DNA from: a virus
Length of the DNA: 64,000 bases
IMG/VR virus record: IMGVR_UViG_3300048080_000231
Strand: one strand, 5' to 3'
The notes under the pieces were generated by a model that saw only the letters and a program-made list of their open reading frames with translations, was not told the DNA's origin and made no database searches. The position numbers and the translations under genes were made by a program. Below are positions 45,164-54,964 of the stretch, piece by piece; the stretch's first letter is position 1, and each line of letters begins with the position of its first letter.

Positions 45164-46659
45164 CCTACCTTATTCATCCCCTTGACCGTCCCGGCCAGCA
45201 AGCCGCTTTTGACTTTATCCTAAATAGTCAAAAAAAATATATTATCATCAATGCTCCCACCGGGTCAGGTAAGTCCGCCTGGGCTGCTGAGATGTCTAAG
45301 CACTATCGAACATTAGTTCTGACAGAGCACAAGAGCTTGCAGTCTACAAATTATAGAGACCAGTACCAATTTGATATTCTCTACGGTAAATCAAACTATC
45401 CCTGTGAAGATAAAGAACGAAAAAAGCTACACTGGACTTGCTTTGACTGTGGAAATCCCGACTGCCAATGTCCTTATAATTTGGCTGAAATGAATTGCCT
45501 TAAATCTCTCCGTGTTTCGCTTAACTATGCGAAATTTCTGATGAGTGGGGATTTTGTAGATAGATACAATCCTGAAATTTTATTTTTGGATGAAGGCCAT
45601 AATGTGCCTGACATCGTAACTGAATTTATTGGCTTTGGTCTCGAATGGAAGAATGAATTTATTAAATATCTTTCCCCGCCTGAACCAATGCGTTTAACCT
45701 TTTCCGAGGCTATGCACATCTTCAAACAATGCCTTGGCGCACTGGAAAAGAATAAGCCCAAGCGTCCTGAAACAAACAGTAACTTGAGCCAAAAAGATGT
45801 GAAATACGCCATGGAAAAATGGCGTAAGTGGAAGCATCTAAAGCAGAAGTTGGAAATTACAGCAGCCTTGCTTGAAAAAGGCGAACCGCTGGATTGGTAT
45901 TTTGAAGCGGAAAAAGAGAAATTGATTATTAAACCACTTACGGCTAAATACCACTTCAAGCGCATGTTTGATGCAGCTGATAAAGTAGTTCTGATGTCAG
46001 CCACAATTAAACCGTCAATTGCCGAGGAACTTGGTATTGGCGAAAATGAATTTGATTATTATGAAGTACCTCATATCTGGCCCGCTCCTCTGCGCCTGGT
46101 TCATGATCTTGGTTGCCCACGTATGAATTGGGAAAGCACGGACTATGATAAAGGCAAGCAAGCTGAAATAATAGCTAAATTTCTTAGCCGGTCAGTGTCA
46201 GGTATCATCCATGTTTCTTCGAAAGCACAAGCTGCCGAGTTAAAAGAGAAATTGAATTATCATGGCTTTGACATTTGGCTGCCACCAGATGGCCAGGGAA
46301 CTGATGAGCAATTGCAAGCCTGGTACGAAGCGCGCCGGCCGGGGATGTATTGTATCTCCTGGAATTTTCACGAAGGCGTTGATTTAGGAAATGATGCTAT
46401 AAATATCATTGCTAAAATTCCTTATACTAATATCGGAAGCGGCTACGAGTATGCTAAAATGGAATATAATCAGCAGGCATATTTAGAGCGAGCCGCTTAT
46501 CGGCTAGAGCAAGCGTCTGGCCGGAACAGGCGCGGGGAGTTTGGACATTACCAGCCAGGTGCGCGTTTTGTGGCTATTGCTGATGGAGCCTGGCATAGGT
46601 TGAAGTCGCTATTATCTGTGGAATATGTAAAAAGTATCAGAAAATGGAATGGAAAATAA
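45160..46659 (+). CDS. DinG/Rad3-like SF2 helicase
   Basis: APTGSGKS, NYPC, LFLDEGHN, LMSATI, EGVDL..IIAKIPY, QASGRNRR. Confidence 0.82.
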   Translation: MTYLIHPLDRPGQQAAFDFILNSQKKYIIINAPTGSGKSAWAAEMSKHYRTLVLTEHKSLQSTNYRDQYQFDILYGKSNYPCEDKERKKLHWTCFDCGNPDCQCPYNLAEMNCLKSLRVSLNYAKFLMSGDFVDRYNPEILFLDEGHNVPDIVTEFIGFGLEWKNEFIKYLSPPEPMRLTFSEAMHIFKQCLGALEKNKPKRPETNSNLSQKDVKYAMEKWRKWKHLKQKLEITAALLEKGEPLDWYFEAEKEKLIIKPLTAKYHFKRMFDAADKVVLMSATIKPSIAEELGIGENEFDYYEVPHIWPAPLRLVHDLGCPRMNWESTDYDKGKQAEIIAKFLSRSVSGIIHVSSKAQAAELKEKLNYHGFDIWLPPDGQGTDEQLQAWYEARRPGMYCISWNFHEGVDLGNDAINIIAKIPYTNIGSGYEYAKMEYNQQAYLERAAYRLEQASGRNRRGEFGHYQPGARFVAIADGAWHRLKSLLSVEYVKSIRKWNGK

Positions 46660-47730
46660 AATGAAACAAGCTAATCCCGAAATAGCAGGCAAGCCAATTG
46701 TTCGTAAAGCAATCAAGGTTATTCAAAAATATCTAAAAAAGGGGTGGTGGGCAGAGGCAATCATCACCCCTGATGGAGCTTCGTTTCACTTGGATAGCAT
46801 ACTCAAAATAAGCATAGAGGATAGAAGAAATAATGTTACTTAATTTTTTGGGAATAGGGATTATTGAGGATATTCAGGGGACAATAATCGGTGGAGATAG
46901 TTGGAAATATACATTTCATGTAACCGAATCGCGTCAAGAGTATCAAGATAAGCATAATATTCCTCTACGGAAAATAGCTGAGGAATACTTCACCAATGAT
47001 GATCAAGCTATCGCCTGGTGGAAAGCGAACTATGGTTCTAAATATCCAAATGGAGCCGAGATGAGATGCTATGACAGATAAAATTTATATAGACCTTGAA
47101 CTCATAACCCACTTCGATTATGAAGAAAACAAACGCAACTATACGCTAAATATTACTGCTGGTGCAATTCAGCTACAAATATATTTAGACGCTGAAGATA
47201 TGATGAAGTTACTACAACTAAAGTCGAATGGCAGCAGGCTAAGGCTAAAAGGCTATTTTAAGGAAGTAGTAGGAGTGGCAAAGAATTTTCATATTAGGGA
47301 GAGAGGGGATTATATCTGCCTCACACCGGAAACGCTGAATATGATAAAGGAGAATAAAGAATGAAATGGTATTTAATCTCAAGTAAAAATGTAGAAGAAA
47401 TTCAATTGGCTTTACAGGAAGCTACCCTTATTTTGTCAATCGAAGAGTATCCCACGTTACATAAATATTTCGAGGATGCTTTGCATACTCTAAATACAGG
47501 GTTGCATATTACAGATGCTATACCCGCTGATGAAAACAAGGATGAATAAGACCCAAAAGAATGTATTAGCACGAATGATCTTCAACCAATGGTATAATGC
47601 TTATACTCTCCGATGTTCATTGGCTACCTTAGAAGCATTACGTCGAAAAAAATTAGTAGAAGAAAAAACAAGTATAGGTAGTTTCTTTTCTCCGCGCATA
47701 GTCATACTTGGAAAAAAATCAAGGAATTAG
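46649..47730 (+). CDS. Run of five short coupled hypothetical ORFs (46649-46843, 46833-47081, 47071-47364, 47361-47549, 47515-47730)
   Basis: Overlapping start/stop codons, same strand, no recognisable motifs. Confidence 0.5.
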
Positions 47731-47733
47731 ATA

Positions 47734-48222
47734 ATGGATAAAGCTATAGAATTTACACTTAAAACTTGGTATCCCCCTGACCATCCTCTACATAATAATC
47801 CCCATCATCCACCAGGCAAATTACTTGGCGAATGGGGCGAGCTATTGGATGATTATATGAAGTTACTTTATAAGCCGAATTTTAAGCCAAATTTCACCGA
47901 CGAATTAGGCGACATCTGGTATTACATTCGCATCCTGAGTTATCAGCAGGATTACGAACCTAAAGTATTCAGAATGGAAAGGGAATATTCGCCGGACATG
48001 CTGATTGCCATGGCAATCAGCATGGTTTGCCAATCCTTTGAGAGTTTGCAGCCGGGCAGCAATGAGGTTCGTTTTGCTCAGTATGCTATAAATACGAGCT
48101 ACACAGTATTATTGCTGTTACTGGAGAGTTGGGGACTTACCTTAGACGAACTCACTGAACGCAATTGGCAGAAGCTGCAACCTGGAAGTATGAGAGGTAA
48201 AGAATGGATGAAAGCGCGATAA
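47734..48222 (+). CDS. MazG-like nucleotide pyrophosphohydrolase
   Basis: KLLGEWGEL...DELGDIWYY...LDELTERNWQKL. Confidence 0.75.
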   Translation: MDKAIEFTLKTWYPPDHPLHNNPHHPPGKLLGEWGELLDDYMKLLYKPNFKPNFTDELGDIWYYIRILSYQQDYEPKVFRMEREYSPDMLIAMAISMVCQSFESLQPGSNEVRFAQYAINTSYTVLLLLLESWGLTLDELTERNWQKLQPGSMRGKEWMKAR

Positions 48223-48589
48223 CCTGGTGGGACACACAACATCCACTTGTGCTATGCGTAAAACTTAACTGGCCGCCTCATCTCGCTTTTGTATCTACAA
48301 GTAACTTACTTGAGGTTGAGGTAGAAGAACTTAGAAACGCGAAATCGGAAGTATTGAGAGAATTACACGATAACGTTATTTAATAACATTATAATTTCAT
48401 AATGTCACGAAAGGAAAAAATTCACTTGAAATTTGGCATTAGCGGACTTTTCGCTTATCATAATAGTATGCCAAAAGAGAAGTGGCTATCAAAGATGGTA
48501 GCCACTTCTGCCAAACCCGATTTTCAAGTGTGAGATATGAACTTATGAATAATAATAGCTCAAACCTTAAGAAAAGTCAAATAGAGAAT

Positions 48590-48618
48590 TTGACATTTTA
48601 TCTTAATAAGAGTATAAT
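48590..48618 (+). promoter_or_regulatory. Consensus sigma70 promoter
   Basis: TTGACA-N17-TATAAT. Confidence 0.85.
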
Positions 48619-48624
48619 TTTCAG

Positions 48625-48840
48625 TAGTTAAATAGTCCTTCGCCTGGCAAACGGAGGGGAAAGAAAAGCGAAAGTAGGATGATAAAACATTTTGCATATA
48701 AGTCCGTTTCTCTGCGATGCAACCCCGTTTCGGAGGGGCTGCTAACCCCAAAATTCCTACTTTCGCTTTGGGGGTTGTATCACAGAGCAACGGACTTTTC
48801 ATTTCGAGGCGCAAGGCATAATGGCTTTGCGCCTTTTTTA
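48625..48840 (+). ncRNA. Structured 5' leader ending in an intrinsic terminator
   Basis: Interleaved inverted repeats A (48665-48679)/A' (48755-48769), 15 bp perfect; B (48700-48726)/B' (48771-48797), 27 bp with 2 mismatches and 1 G-U; terminator 48806-48840. Confidence 0.6.
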
Positions 48841-48858
48841 TTTCTCAAAGGAGATGAT

Positions 48859-49656
48859 ATGAAAAATACAAGTATCGCCTGGACTGACCACACTCTTAAT
48901 TTTTGGTGGGGTTGTCAAAAGGTTTCACCCGGCTGTCAACACTGTTACGCTGAAACATTCAGTAAACGAGTAGGTAAAGATATTTGGGGACCAGCACAAA
49001 TAACAGAACGCTGGCGCACTAAAAACCCCTGGAGAGATATTTTTAAGTGGGATAAAGAAGCTGGCAATCAAGGCGTCCGGCGAAAGGTTTTTGTACAAAG
49101 CATGTCAGACTTTTTTGAAGATCATTCACAAGTTGTGCCCTGGCGAGTTGAAGCCTGCCAAATTCTGGAAAGCCTCAAAAACTTAGATGTCCAACTGCTC
49201 ACCAAACGACCTGAAAATGTACTTCTGATGACACCACCCGCCTGGCTTAAAAATTGGCCGCTTCATATCTGGCTTGGCGCATCGGCTGAAAACCAAAAAT
49301 ACTTAGATAGTCGAATGTTAGAGCTATGCCAAATACCAGCTAAAAATAAGTTTCTTAGCTGTGAACCTCTTTTAACGGAAATTAACCTTAGTCGTTGGCT
49401 GAGTAATGTTGATTGGATTATCATTGGTGGTGAAAGTGGTGCAAAAGCCCGACCATTTAACCTGTGTTGGGGTATTAGCATTATTAAACAATGTTATGCG
49501 GCTGGTATACCCGCGTTTATGAAACAAGTTGGAGCTAATCCGTATATTGGAGAGAATATCAACGGCGAAAAGCATCTCTTCGCCCCGACAGATCGCAAAG
49601 GTGAAAATCCTGATGAATGGCCGGAAGTTATGAGAATAAGAGAATTTCCCACTTGA
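48859..49656 (+). CDS. DUF5131 (phage Gp37/Gp68, radical-SAM-like) protein
   Basis: TSIAWTDHTLNFWWGCQKVSPGCQHCYAE, VFVQSMSDFF, LLTKRPEN, FLSCEPLL, WIIIGGESG. Confidence 0.9.
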   Translation: MKNTSIAWTDHTLNFWWGCQKVSPGCQHCYAETFSKRVGKDIWGPAQITERWRTKNPWRDIFKWDKEAGNQGVRRKVFVQSMSDFFEDHSQVVPWRVEACQILESLKNLDVQLLTKRPENVLLMTPPAWLKNWPLHIWLGASAENQKYLDSRMLELCQIPAKNKFLSCEPLLTEINLSRWLSNVDWIIIGGESGAKARPFNLCWGISIIKQCYAAGIPAFMKQVGANPYIGENINGEKHLFAPTDRKGENPDEWPEVMRIREFPT

Positions 49657-49690
49657 GGCGCAAGCGTAATAGCTTTGCGCCTTTTTTATT
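49655..49690 (+). terminator. Repeated terminator, copy 2
   Basis: gaggcgcaagcgtaatagctttgcgccttttttattt, near-identical to 48806-48840. Confidence 0.8.
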
Positions 49691-49704
49691 TCTAATTGGA
49701 GTAG

Positions 49705-50925
49705 TTGATTATGGCTAAATTTCAATTATTACCTCTTCTCTCAGCAGAAGAACGTATAAGATTAGAAATAAGCATTAAGGATAAAGGAACTTGCAGCATA
49801 GAAGTTGATGAAAATGGAGATATTTTAGACGGCCATCACCGTTATGAAATATGCCAAAAGCTAGATATTGTTCCTGAGAAAATTCAGGTCAATAACTTTA
49901 AGAATGACCTTGAAAAAATGGCTTATGTTATCAAAATCAACAGTGCTCGCCGCCAAATGTCAGGAGACCAGGAAAAGGAAGTTGATAAAGAACGACAAAG
50001 AATAGCTAAAGATTTGTATGCAATCGGAGAATATACTCAGGAAAATATTAGTAATTTGCTTGGCGTAACTCAACAAGCAGTTTCACTATGGCTTAATTCA
50101 AAACCGGATAATGTAAGCGGTACAAGCGCTTGTACCGCTTACATTATCCGTAAACGTGTAGGACAAAAAATTGGCAAAGAAGAAAAAGAAGCTATTTTAG
50201 AACAACTCGATTCAGGTTTAACTCATGAGAAAGTAGCGGCAAACTTCAAAGTAGCGCGACCGCGTATTACTCAAATTAAGCGTAATGCCGAAAAGAAAAA
50301 AATAAAAGCAGAAGAACGCGCAGCAGAGCTATCAATTAACCAAGACAATATTTGGCTGGGCGATATTCGAGATTTAGGACAAAAAATCTCTGATAATTCT
50401 ATAGACTTTATTTTTACCGATCCTCCCTATGGCAAAAAGGTAATTGAAGATTATGAAGAACTTGCTAAGTTTGCAGCCAGAACACTTAAACCGGGAGCAA
50501 GTTTATTGGTTTATTCCGGCCAAAGTGTACTGCCTGAAGTGTATGCCATTATGTGCCAACACCTTAATTATTGGTGGACAATGTGTATGGAACATGGCGG
50601 ACAAAATCAAAGGCTTCCCGGTAAATTCGTTTATGTGGAGTGGAAACCAATCATCTGGTTTGTAAAGGGTAATCGGAGAGATAGTCATTTTGTGAGTGAT
50701 TTGGTAAAATCAAAACAGGATAAAGACCATCACGAATGGGGGCAAGGCGTAGAAGAAGCATCATATTATATCGAACAATTGACCCAACTTGGCGAATTGG
50801 TTTGCGATCCATTCTTGGGTGGTGGTACAACTGGTATTGCTGCTCAAAGGTTAAATAGAAAATTCTTAGGATTTGAAAAAGACCCTGAAGTATACAGAAA
50901 GGTAATCAATGGTAATCTGTCCTGA
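49705..50925 (+). CDS. ParB-N + HTH + N6-adenine/N4-cytosine DNA methyltransferase
   Basis: IEVDENGDILDGHHRY (ParB-N), TQENISNLLGVTQQAVSLWL (HTH), FIFTDPPY, CDPFLGGGTTG, FLGFEKD. Confidence 0.88.
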   Translation: MIMAKFQLLPLLSAEERIRLEISIKDKGTCSIEVDENGDILDGHHRYEICQKLDIVPEKIQVNNFKNDLEKMAYVIKINSARRQMSGDQEKEVDKERQRIAKDLYAIGEYTQENISNLLGVTQQAVSLWLNSKPDNVSGTSACTAYIIRKRVGQKIGKEEKEAILEQLDSGLTHEKVAANFKVARPRITQIKRNAEKKKIKAEERAAELSINQDNIWLGDIRDLGQKISDNSIDFIFTDPPYGKKVIEDYEELAKFAARTLKPGASLLVYSGQSVLPEVYAIMCQHLNYWWTMCMEHGGQNQRLPGKFVYVEWKPIIWFVKGNRRDSHFVSDLVKSKQDKDHHEWGQGVEEASYYIEQLTQLGELVCDPFLGGGTTGIAAQRLNRKFLGFEKDPEVYRKVINGNLS

Positions 50926-51346
50926 ATGTAATGCCAAAATTGACCTGAAATATATTCGCCAATCTATGAGAAATAAAAATATATCGAAAAGCGAATTGGG
51001 GCAATGGATACACGATAAAATGCCAAACGATTTTTATTGGCTCGATATAGATGGCATTGTCTATAAAAAAGCAACTAAAATATTAAGAATAATTGAAGAA
51101 AAGAAACCAGGACAAGAATTAAAACCAAGTCAATTATTAGTTCTAAAGAACTTGGCTATAGCAATAGATTATCTCGTTGAGCAAAACATTGTTTCTATTG
51201 GCAGTGGAGTTTTTGTATTGTGGACAACACAAGTATGGGGAACTATTTCTCAAATGACTTCATCTGGTGATTGTACTGAAAAATTGATATTATCTAAAAA
51301 TCAATTTGAAAACTTTGTTAGTGGTCAAGAACTAGTACAAACGTAA
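50909..51346 (+). CDS. PD-(D/E)XK nuclease-fold protein
   Basis: WLDIDGIVY...IIEEKKPG..L.PSQ resembles the D...ExK core. Confidence 0.5.
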   Translation: MVICPECNAKIDLKYIRQSMRNKNISKSELGQWIHDKMPNDFYWLDIDGIVYKKATKILRIIEEKKPGQELKPSQLLVLKNLAIAIDYLVEQNIVSIGSGVFVLWTTQVWGTISQMTSSGDCTEKLILSKNQFENFVSGQELVQT

Positions 51347-51370
51347 TAGCCTTGCGCTTTTTTTATTTCC
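51338..51370 (+). terminator. Repeated terminator, degenerate copy 3
   Basis: caaacgtaatagccttgcgctttttttatttc keeps loop, 3' arm and T tract; 5' arm lost. Confidence 0.5.
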
Positions 51371-51540
51371 AAAGGTTTAACTAAAGGAGTAACTATGATT
51401 ACAACAGACCAAGACCCCTACGAAGCCTTCCACCTCTGGCTGCTTGAAAATGGCTACGCTGATGTAGCTGAAGCTGAAGCGGAAGAAATTGATTTAGAGC
51501 GGTTAGAAAAAGCGATAATTGAATATCAAGGAGTAGCATC

Positions 51541-52470
51541 ATGATAATTACAAAAGAATATTTTGACGAAATGACAGCAGAAGCAATGGAAGCTGAAAAA
51601 CAGAATAAGAAAAAGCATTTTGCTCAGAAGCGAGACAAGGATTTTCCGCCAGAAGAAAGGGCAAAACTATGTTGTAAGGCCGGCAGGCGAGTTATCAATG
51701 ATGATGGCTCTTGGAGTTTCGCTCCTTTTCGATGTGGTGCTGAATGTGCATGTGCTGGATGTCGAAAATTGAAAGCTGATGAAGTAACAGGAGCATTAGC
51801 ACATAATATAAATCAGAAAATGGAACAAGGTAAATGCTTCAAAAAGTTACAAGGCGTTTATGAGGGACTTGAGGCTGATGCTTTAAAGAAACGATTTAGC
51901 CGGTATGGTATTGATTATTCCCAGCACGCTGGCGTCGAGGAAGGAACATTAGACTTTCTTCTGTTTGGCGAGGAGAAGATATTGGATCAATTAGACCGAG
52001 GCGAAAAGATTGAAATTGATCCAAACAAGGATACAGAGGAACAAATAAAAGAAATTTACGATTGGGAAGCAGCCGCAGCGCGCAATGATAAAAGAAAGAA
52101 ACAGTTTGCCGGGAAACTAAGCCGGCGTCATTCATCTCCCAAAAAGGAAGAAGTAGAACGCGAGGAGGAAAGTGTCAGGATAAAGAAAACAGAATTTATT
52201 ATTTCCGACCAATACGAGGAACTAGTAGATGAAATATTAGTTTGGATTGGCCCGGAACATGAAGTGACTGACGCCAAAACTTACCAAAAAATGATAGAGG
52301 AATCAGAAAAACGGTTTAAGGAGGAGATGGAAAAACGAACCATACCTTTTTATACTCAGGATACTTTTAAGAATATTTACTTCTCAGAAGTAAAAGAGAA
52401 GTGGAATACAAATGTACGAACATTTTCTTTGGATACAAAAAAGATAAGAGAAAACTTAGACATAGGATAG
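51541..52470 (+). CDS. Hypothetical protein with Cys cluster (possible replication protein)
   Basis: LCC...FRCGAECACAGCRKLKA; followed by an IR-rich intergenic region. Confidence 0.35.
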   Translation: MIITKEYFDEMTAEAMEAEKQNKKKHFAQKRDKDFPPEERAKLCCKAGRRVINDDGSWSFAPFRCGAECACAGCRKLKADEVTGALAHNINQKMEQGKCFKKLQGVYEGLEADALKKRFSRYGIDYSQHAGVEEGTLDFLLFGEEKILDQLDRGEKIEIDPNKDTEEQIKEIYDWEAAAARNDKRKKQFAGKLSRRHSSPKKEEVEREEESVRIKKTEFIISDQYEELVDEILVWIGPEHEVTDAKTYQKMIEESEKRFKEEMEKRTIPFYTQDTFKNIYFSEVKEKWNTNVRTFSLDTKKIRENLDIG

Positions 52471-52613
52471 TTAGGGAAAGACATTTATAAACTTTCCCTA
52501 GCCACCTGAAGCTTCGAAATTGCTGAAAACAGCATAGAAATTTCCTAAAAAACAAGCGCATGAGAAACGCTGATAATAGCACTATGCTTGTTTTATTTAT
52601 CTTGTTTTCGTTC

Positions 52614-52643
52614 TTGACAAGATTATAAAATGTATGATATAAT
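52614..52643 (+). promoter_or_regulatory. sigma70 promoter
   Basis: TTGACA-N18-TATAAT; TTCTTGACAAGATTATAAAAT is identical to 36670-36690. Confidence 0.75.
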
Positions 52644-52679
52644 TAGCTAGTTAAAACTTTAGAGAAAGGAAAGGATAAA

Positions 52680-53135
52680 ATGGCACAATTCAAAATCGGT
52701 AATATGTTCGACGCTCCCCTGCCCGACTTACTTTGCTTTACGGCTAACGCAACTATTAAAGCCAATGGCGCGTTAGTGATAGGGAAAGGAGCGGCTGAAG
52801 AGGTTAGAGATAGATTTCCAGGGATAGACTTGAAACTCGGAAACACAATAAGTTGCTATGGAAGAAACGGTAGATATGGACTTGCTATTATCTCTTGGCC
52901 TGCTTTAGATACAAAAATTGCTGCATTTCAAGTTAAATTTGATTATCTTGAACCGGCCAATCTTGGCCTTATTCGTTATTCTACCATTAAATTATTCGAG
53001 TATATTGTCTGTTTTCAACCTGCTTCAGTCTATCTAAATTTTCCCGACATCGGCAATGACGGCCTGGCTGAAGCCGATGCGCTGCCAATTGTTAGCCTGC
53101 TGCCAGATAATGTAACGATTTGGAAGCTGCCATGA
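52680..53135 (+). CDS. Macrodomain (Poa1p/DarG/TARG1-like) protein
   Basis: GNMFD..LCFTANATIKANGALVIGKGAA..RFPG, IAAFQVK, FPDIGNDGL. Confidence 0.75.
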   Translation: MAQFKIGNMFDAPLPDLLCFTANATIKANGALVIGKGAAEEVRDRFPGIDLKLGNTISCYGRNGRYGLAIISWPALDTKIAAFQVKFDYLEPANLGLIRYSTIKLFEYIVCFQPASVYLNFPDIGNDGLAEADALPIVSLLPDNVTIWKLP

Positions 53136-53356
53136 AAAAAATTCAGGAAGATGATAAAGAAATTGGTATATCCATCGCTGAGCATTGCCATTATGATGCA
53201 AAAAAGATTATGTCTATTTTCATGATCGCCTTAGAAGAAGCAGGCTGCGACTATGAAGCTGCTCATATACTTGGCTTGATTGAAGCTCTGCCGAAACCAT
53301 ATAGGCTATCAAAGATACAACCAATTAGATCAAGAAAAAAATTTGAAACCGAATGA
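53132..53356 (+). CDS. Hypothetical protein
   Basis: ORF coupled to the macrodomain gene. Confidence 0.45.
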   Translation: MKKIQEDDKEIGISIAEHCHYDAKKIMSIFMIALEEAGCDYEAAHILGLIEALPKPYRLSKIQPIRSRKKFETE

Positions 53357-53517
53357 GAGTAATATTCTTGGAAGCTACCACTTGGGGGAGGTATCTCCTC
53401 CGACGCCTATCATTATTATGGCAAGCTCAAAAGTATTCAGATGCGGATGCAGATGATATTGAACTACTTCACCCACTCAGTAAGAGAAAAGTATTTCATT
53501 CATAAAAAGAAAGTGCG

Positions 53518-54273
53518 ATGAAAAATCTCTCCCACACCCTCTTGTCTCATAAAGATGAAATTGAGCTATTCAAAGCCTACGAAGTCATCGAAACCCGACA
53601 AGAGGCTTATGAAAAACTTATCTTACACAATCAGCGATTAGTAATGAGCATTGCCAGCCGCTATAAAAACGTTGCGCTAGATGATGCTTTTCAGGACGGA
53701 AACTTGGGTCTAATTCAGGGTATCAAGCGATTTGACTATCGCCGGGGAACGCGATTTAGCACCTATGCCACTTGGTGGATACGCCAATCTATCAATCGCG
53801 CCATAGCCAGTCGGGGACATACTATCAGATTGCCGGCGTATAAGTATGATTTACTTATTAAAGCATTAGCTATCAAGAACAGAATAAAGATAGAAAGTGG
53901 ACAAGAGCCAAGTCTTAAAATATTAGCTGAATATGTAGGTGTGAAAGAAAGTGTATTAGTAGAAATATTAGAGAAAGGCCAAAACACTATCTCCCTTGAT
54001 GCGCCAGATCATGAGGATTGGAACGGGGATAGCAGTCTCTATGATAGCTTTCCTGCACACGATAAAGAAGCCGATCCTTATTTCAAAAAACAAATTCAGG
54101 ATGCGTTCCTTTCCCTTTCGCCGCGCGAGCAAAAGATAATCGAGTTGCGCTTTGGGTTTGATGCTGATGGGCCAATGACGCTCCGGGAAATAGCGAACAA
54201 ATTTGGTCTGACCAGGGAAAGGATAAGGCAGCTAGAAGCTAAGGCATTGGTGAAGTTGAAAGAGAAATTATAA
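53518..54273 (+). CDS. RpoD-like (sigma70 group 1/2-type) sigma factor
   Basis: HNQRLVMSIA, QDGNLGLI..IKRFDYRRGTRFSTYATWWIRQSI, TIRLP, ISLDAP, LSPREQKIIELRFG, TLREIANKFGLTRERIRQLE. Confidence 0.93.
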   Translation: MKNLSHTLLSHKDEIELFKAYEVIETRQEAYEKLILHNQRLVMSIASRYKNVALDDAFQDGNLGLIQGIKRFDYRRGTRFSTYATWWIRQSINRAIASRGHTIRLPAYKYDLLIKALAIKNRIKIESGQEPSLKILAEYVGVKESVLVEILEKGQNTISLDAPDHEDWNGDSSLYDSFPAHDKEADPYFKKQIQDAFLSLSPREQKIIELRFGFDADGPMTLREIANKFGLTRERIRQLEAKALVKLKEKL

Positions 54274-54323
54274 GTTATCCCCACTTGCCAGAAAACTCGT
54301 TAGAAATTGGCTGATATTTCTCC

Positions 54324-54361
54324 AAAAAGGTATTGACATCATCTTAGTTTTGTGGTACAAT
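54324..54361 (+). promoter_or_regulatory. Early-type promoter
   Basis: AAAAAGGTA-TTGACA-N17-TACAAT, same upstream motif as the 33.4/34.0 kb promoters. Confidence 0.8.
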
Positions 54362-54396
54362 TAAACTAAGATTGAGAGACGAAAGGAAACGGAAAA

Positions 54397-54804
54397 ATGA
54401 AATACGAAATAGAGGATACCGGGTACTTTGAGGAAAGAAAAACAGATTTTATTACAGACACCAATGGCATCAAACACGTCTTGAAGGATACCAAGGTAAT
54501 AATTTATAATTCGGATGGTTTTAATGCAAAACGTGTAGGGCATCTCGATCTTAAAATCGGCCAAATCGTTAGCGGTTATTTACCTGATAATGTCAAAAAA
54601 TTCCTTCTGAAATATTATCAAAAGGACATTGAGGGCTATAAAGTTGCTGCCGAAACCGTTGTGATCAATGAGGAAAAAATTCTCTATCCCCTCCCCGCCG
54701 AACAATTACGGGAAATGGGGAACGCCTCCGCCGCTTGGGAGCAGGCGGAAACTCGAACCTCAATTCGACAAGAGCAATATGATGGCGATGAAGATGAAGA
54801 TTAA
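54397..54804 (+). CDS. Hypothetical protein
   Basis: 135 aa, RBS GAAAGGAAACGG like that at 5018. Confidence 0.6.
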   Translation: MKYEIEDTGYFEERKTDFITDTNGIKHVLKDTKVIIYNSDGFNAKRVGHLDLKIGQIVSGYLPDNVKKFLLKYYQKDIEGYKVAAETVVINEEKILYPLPAEQLREMGNASAAWEQAETRTSIRQEQYDGDEDED

Positions 54805-54964
54805 GCATCCCGGCGGCCGCCCACCTACTGGCCGGGGCAAGCTCATCAAGGCCATCATCAGCGCCGCCCTCGACGCCGCCCTGCGCGCTGAGGCGAAGCG
54901 GCAGGGAGTAAGCATCTCGAAGGTAATTCAGCAAGCATTAAAAAGTTTTTTGAAAATTTCTTAG
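54779..54964 (+). CDS. RHH regulator
   Basis: GGRPPTGRG..AIISAALDAALRAEAKRQGVSISKVIQQAL. Confidence 0.75.
   Translation: MMAMKMKIKHPGGRPPTGRGKLIKAIISAALDAALRAEAKRQGVSISKVIQQALKSFLKIS

Noticed and set aside
48679-48858. N-terminal extension of DUF5131 in the ORF track
   Set aside because: It spans the structured leader and terminator; the real start is ATG 48859 with an AAAGGAG RBS
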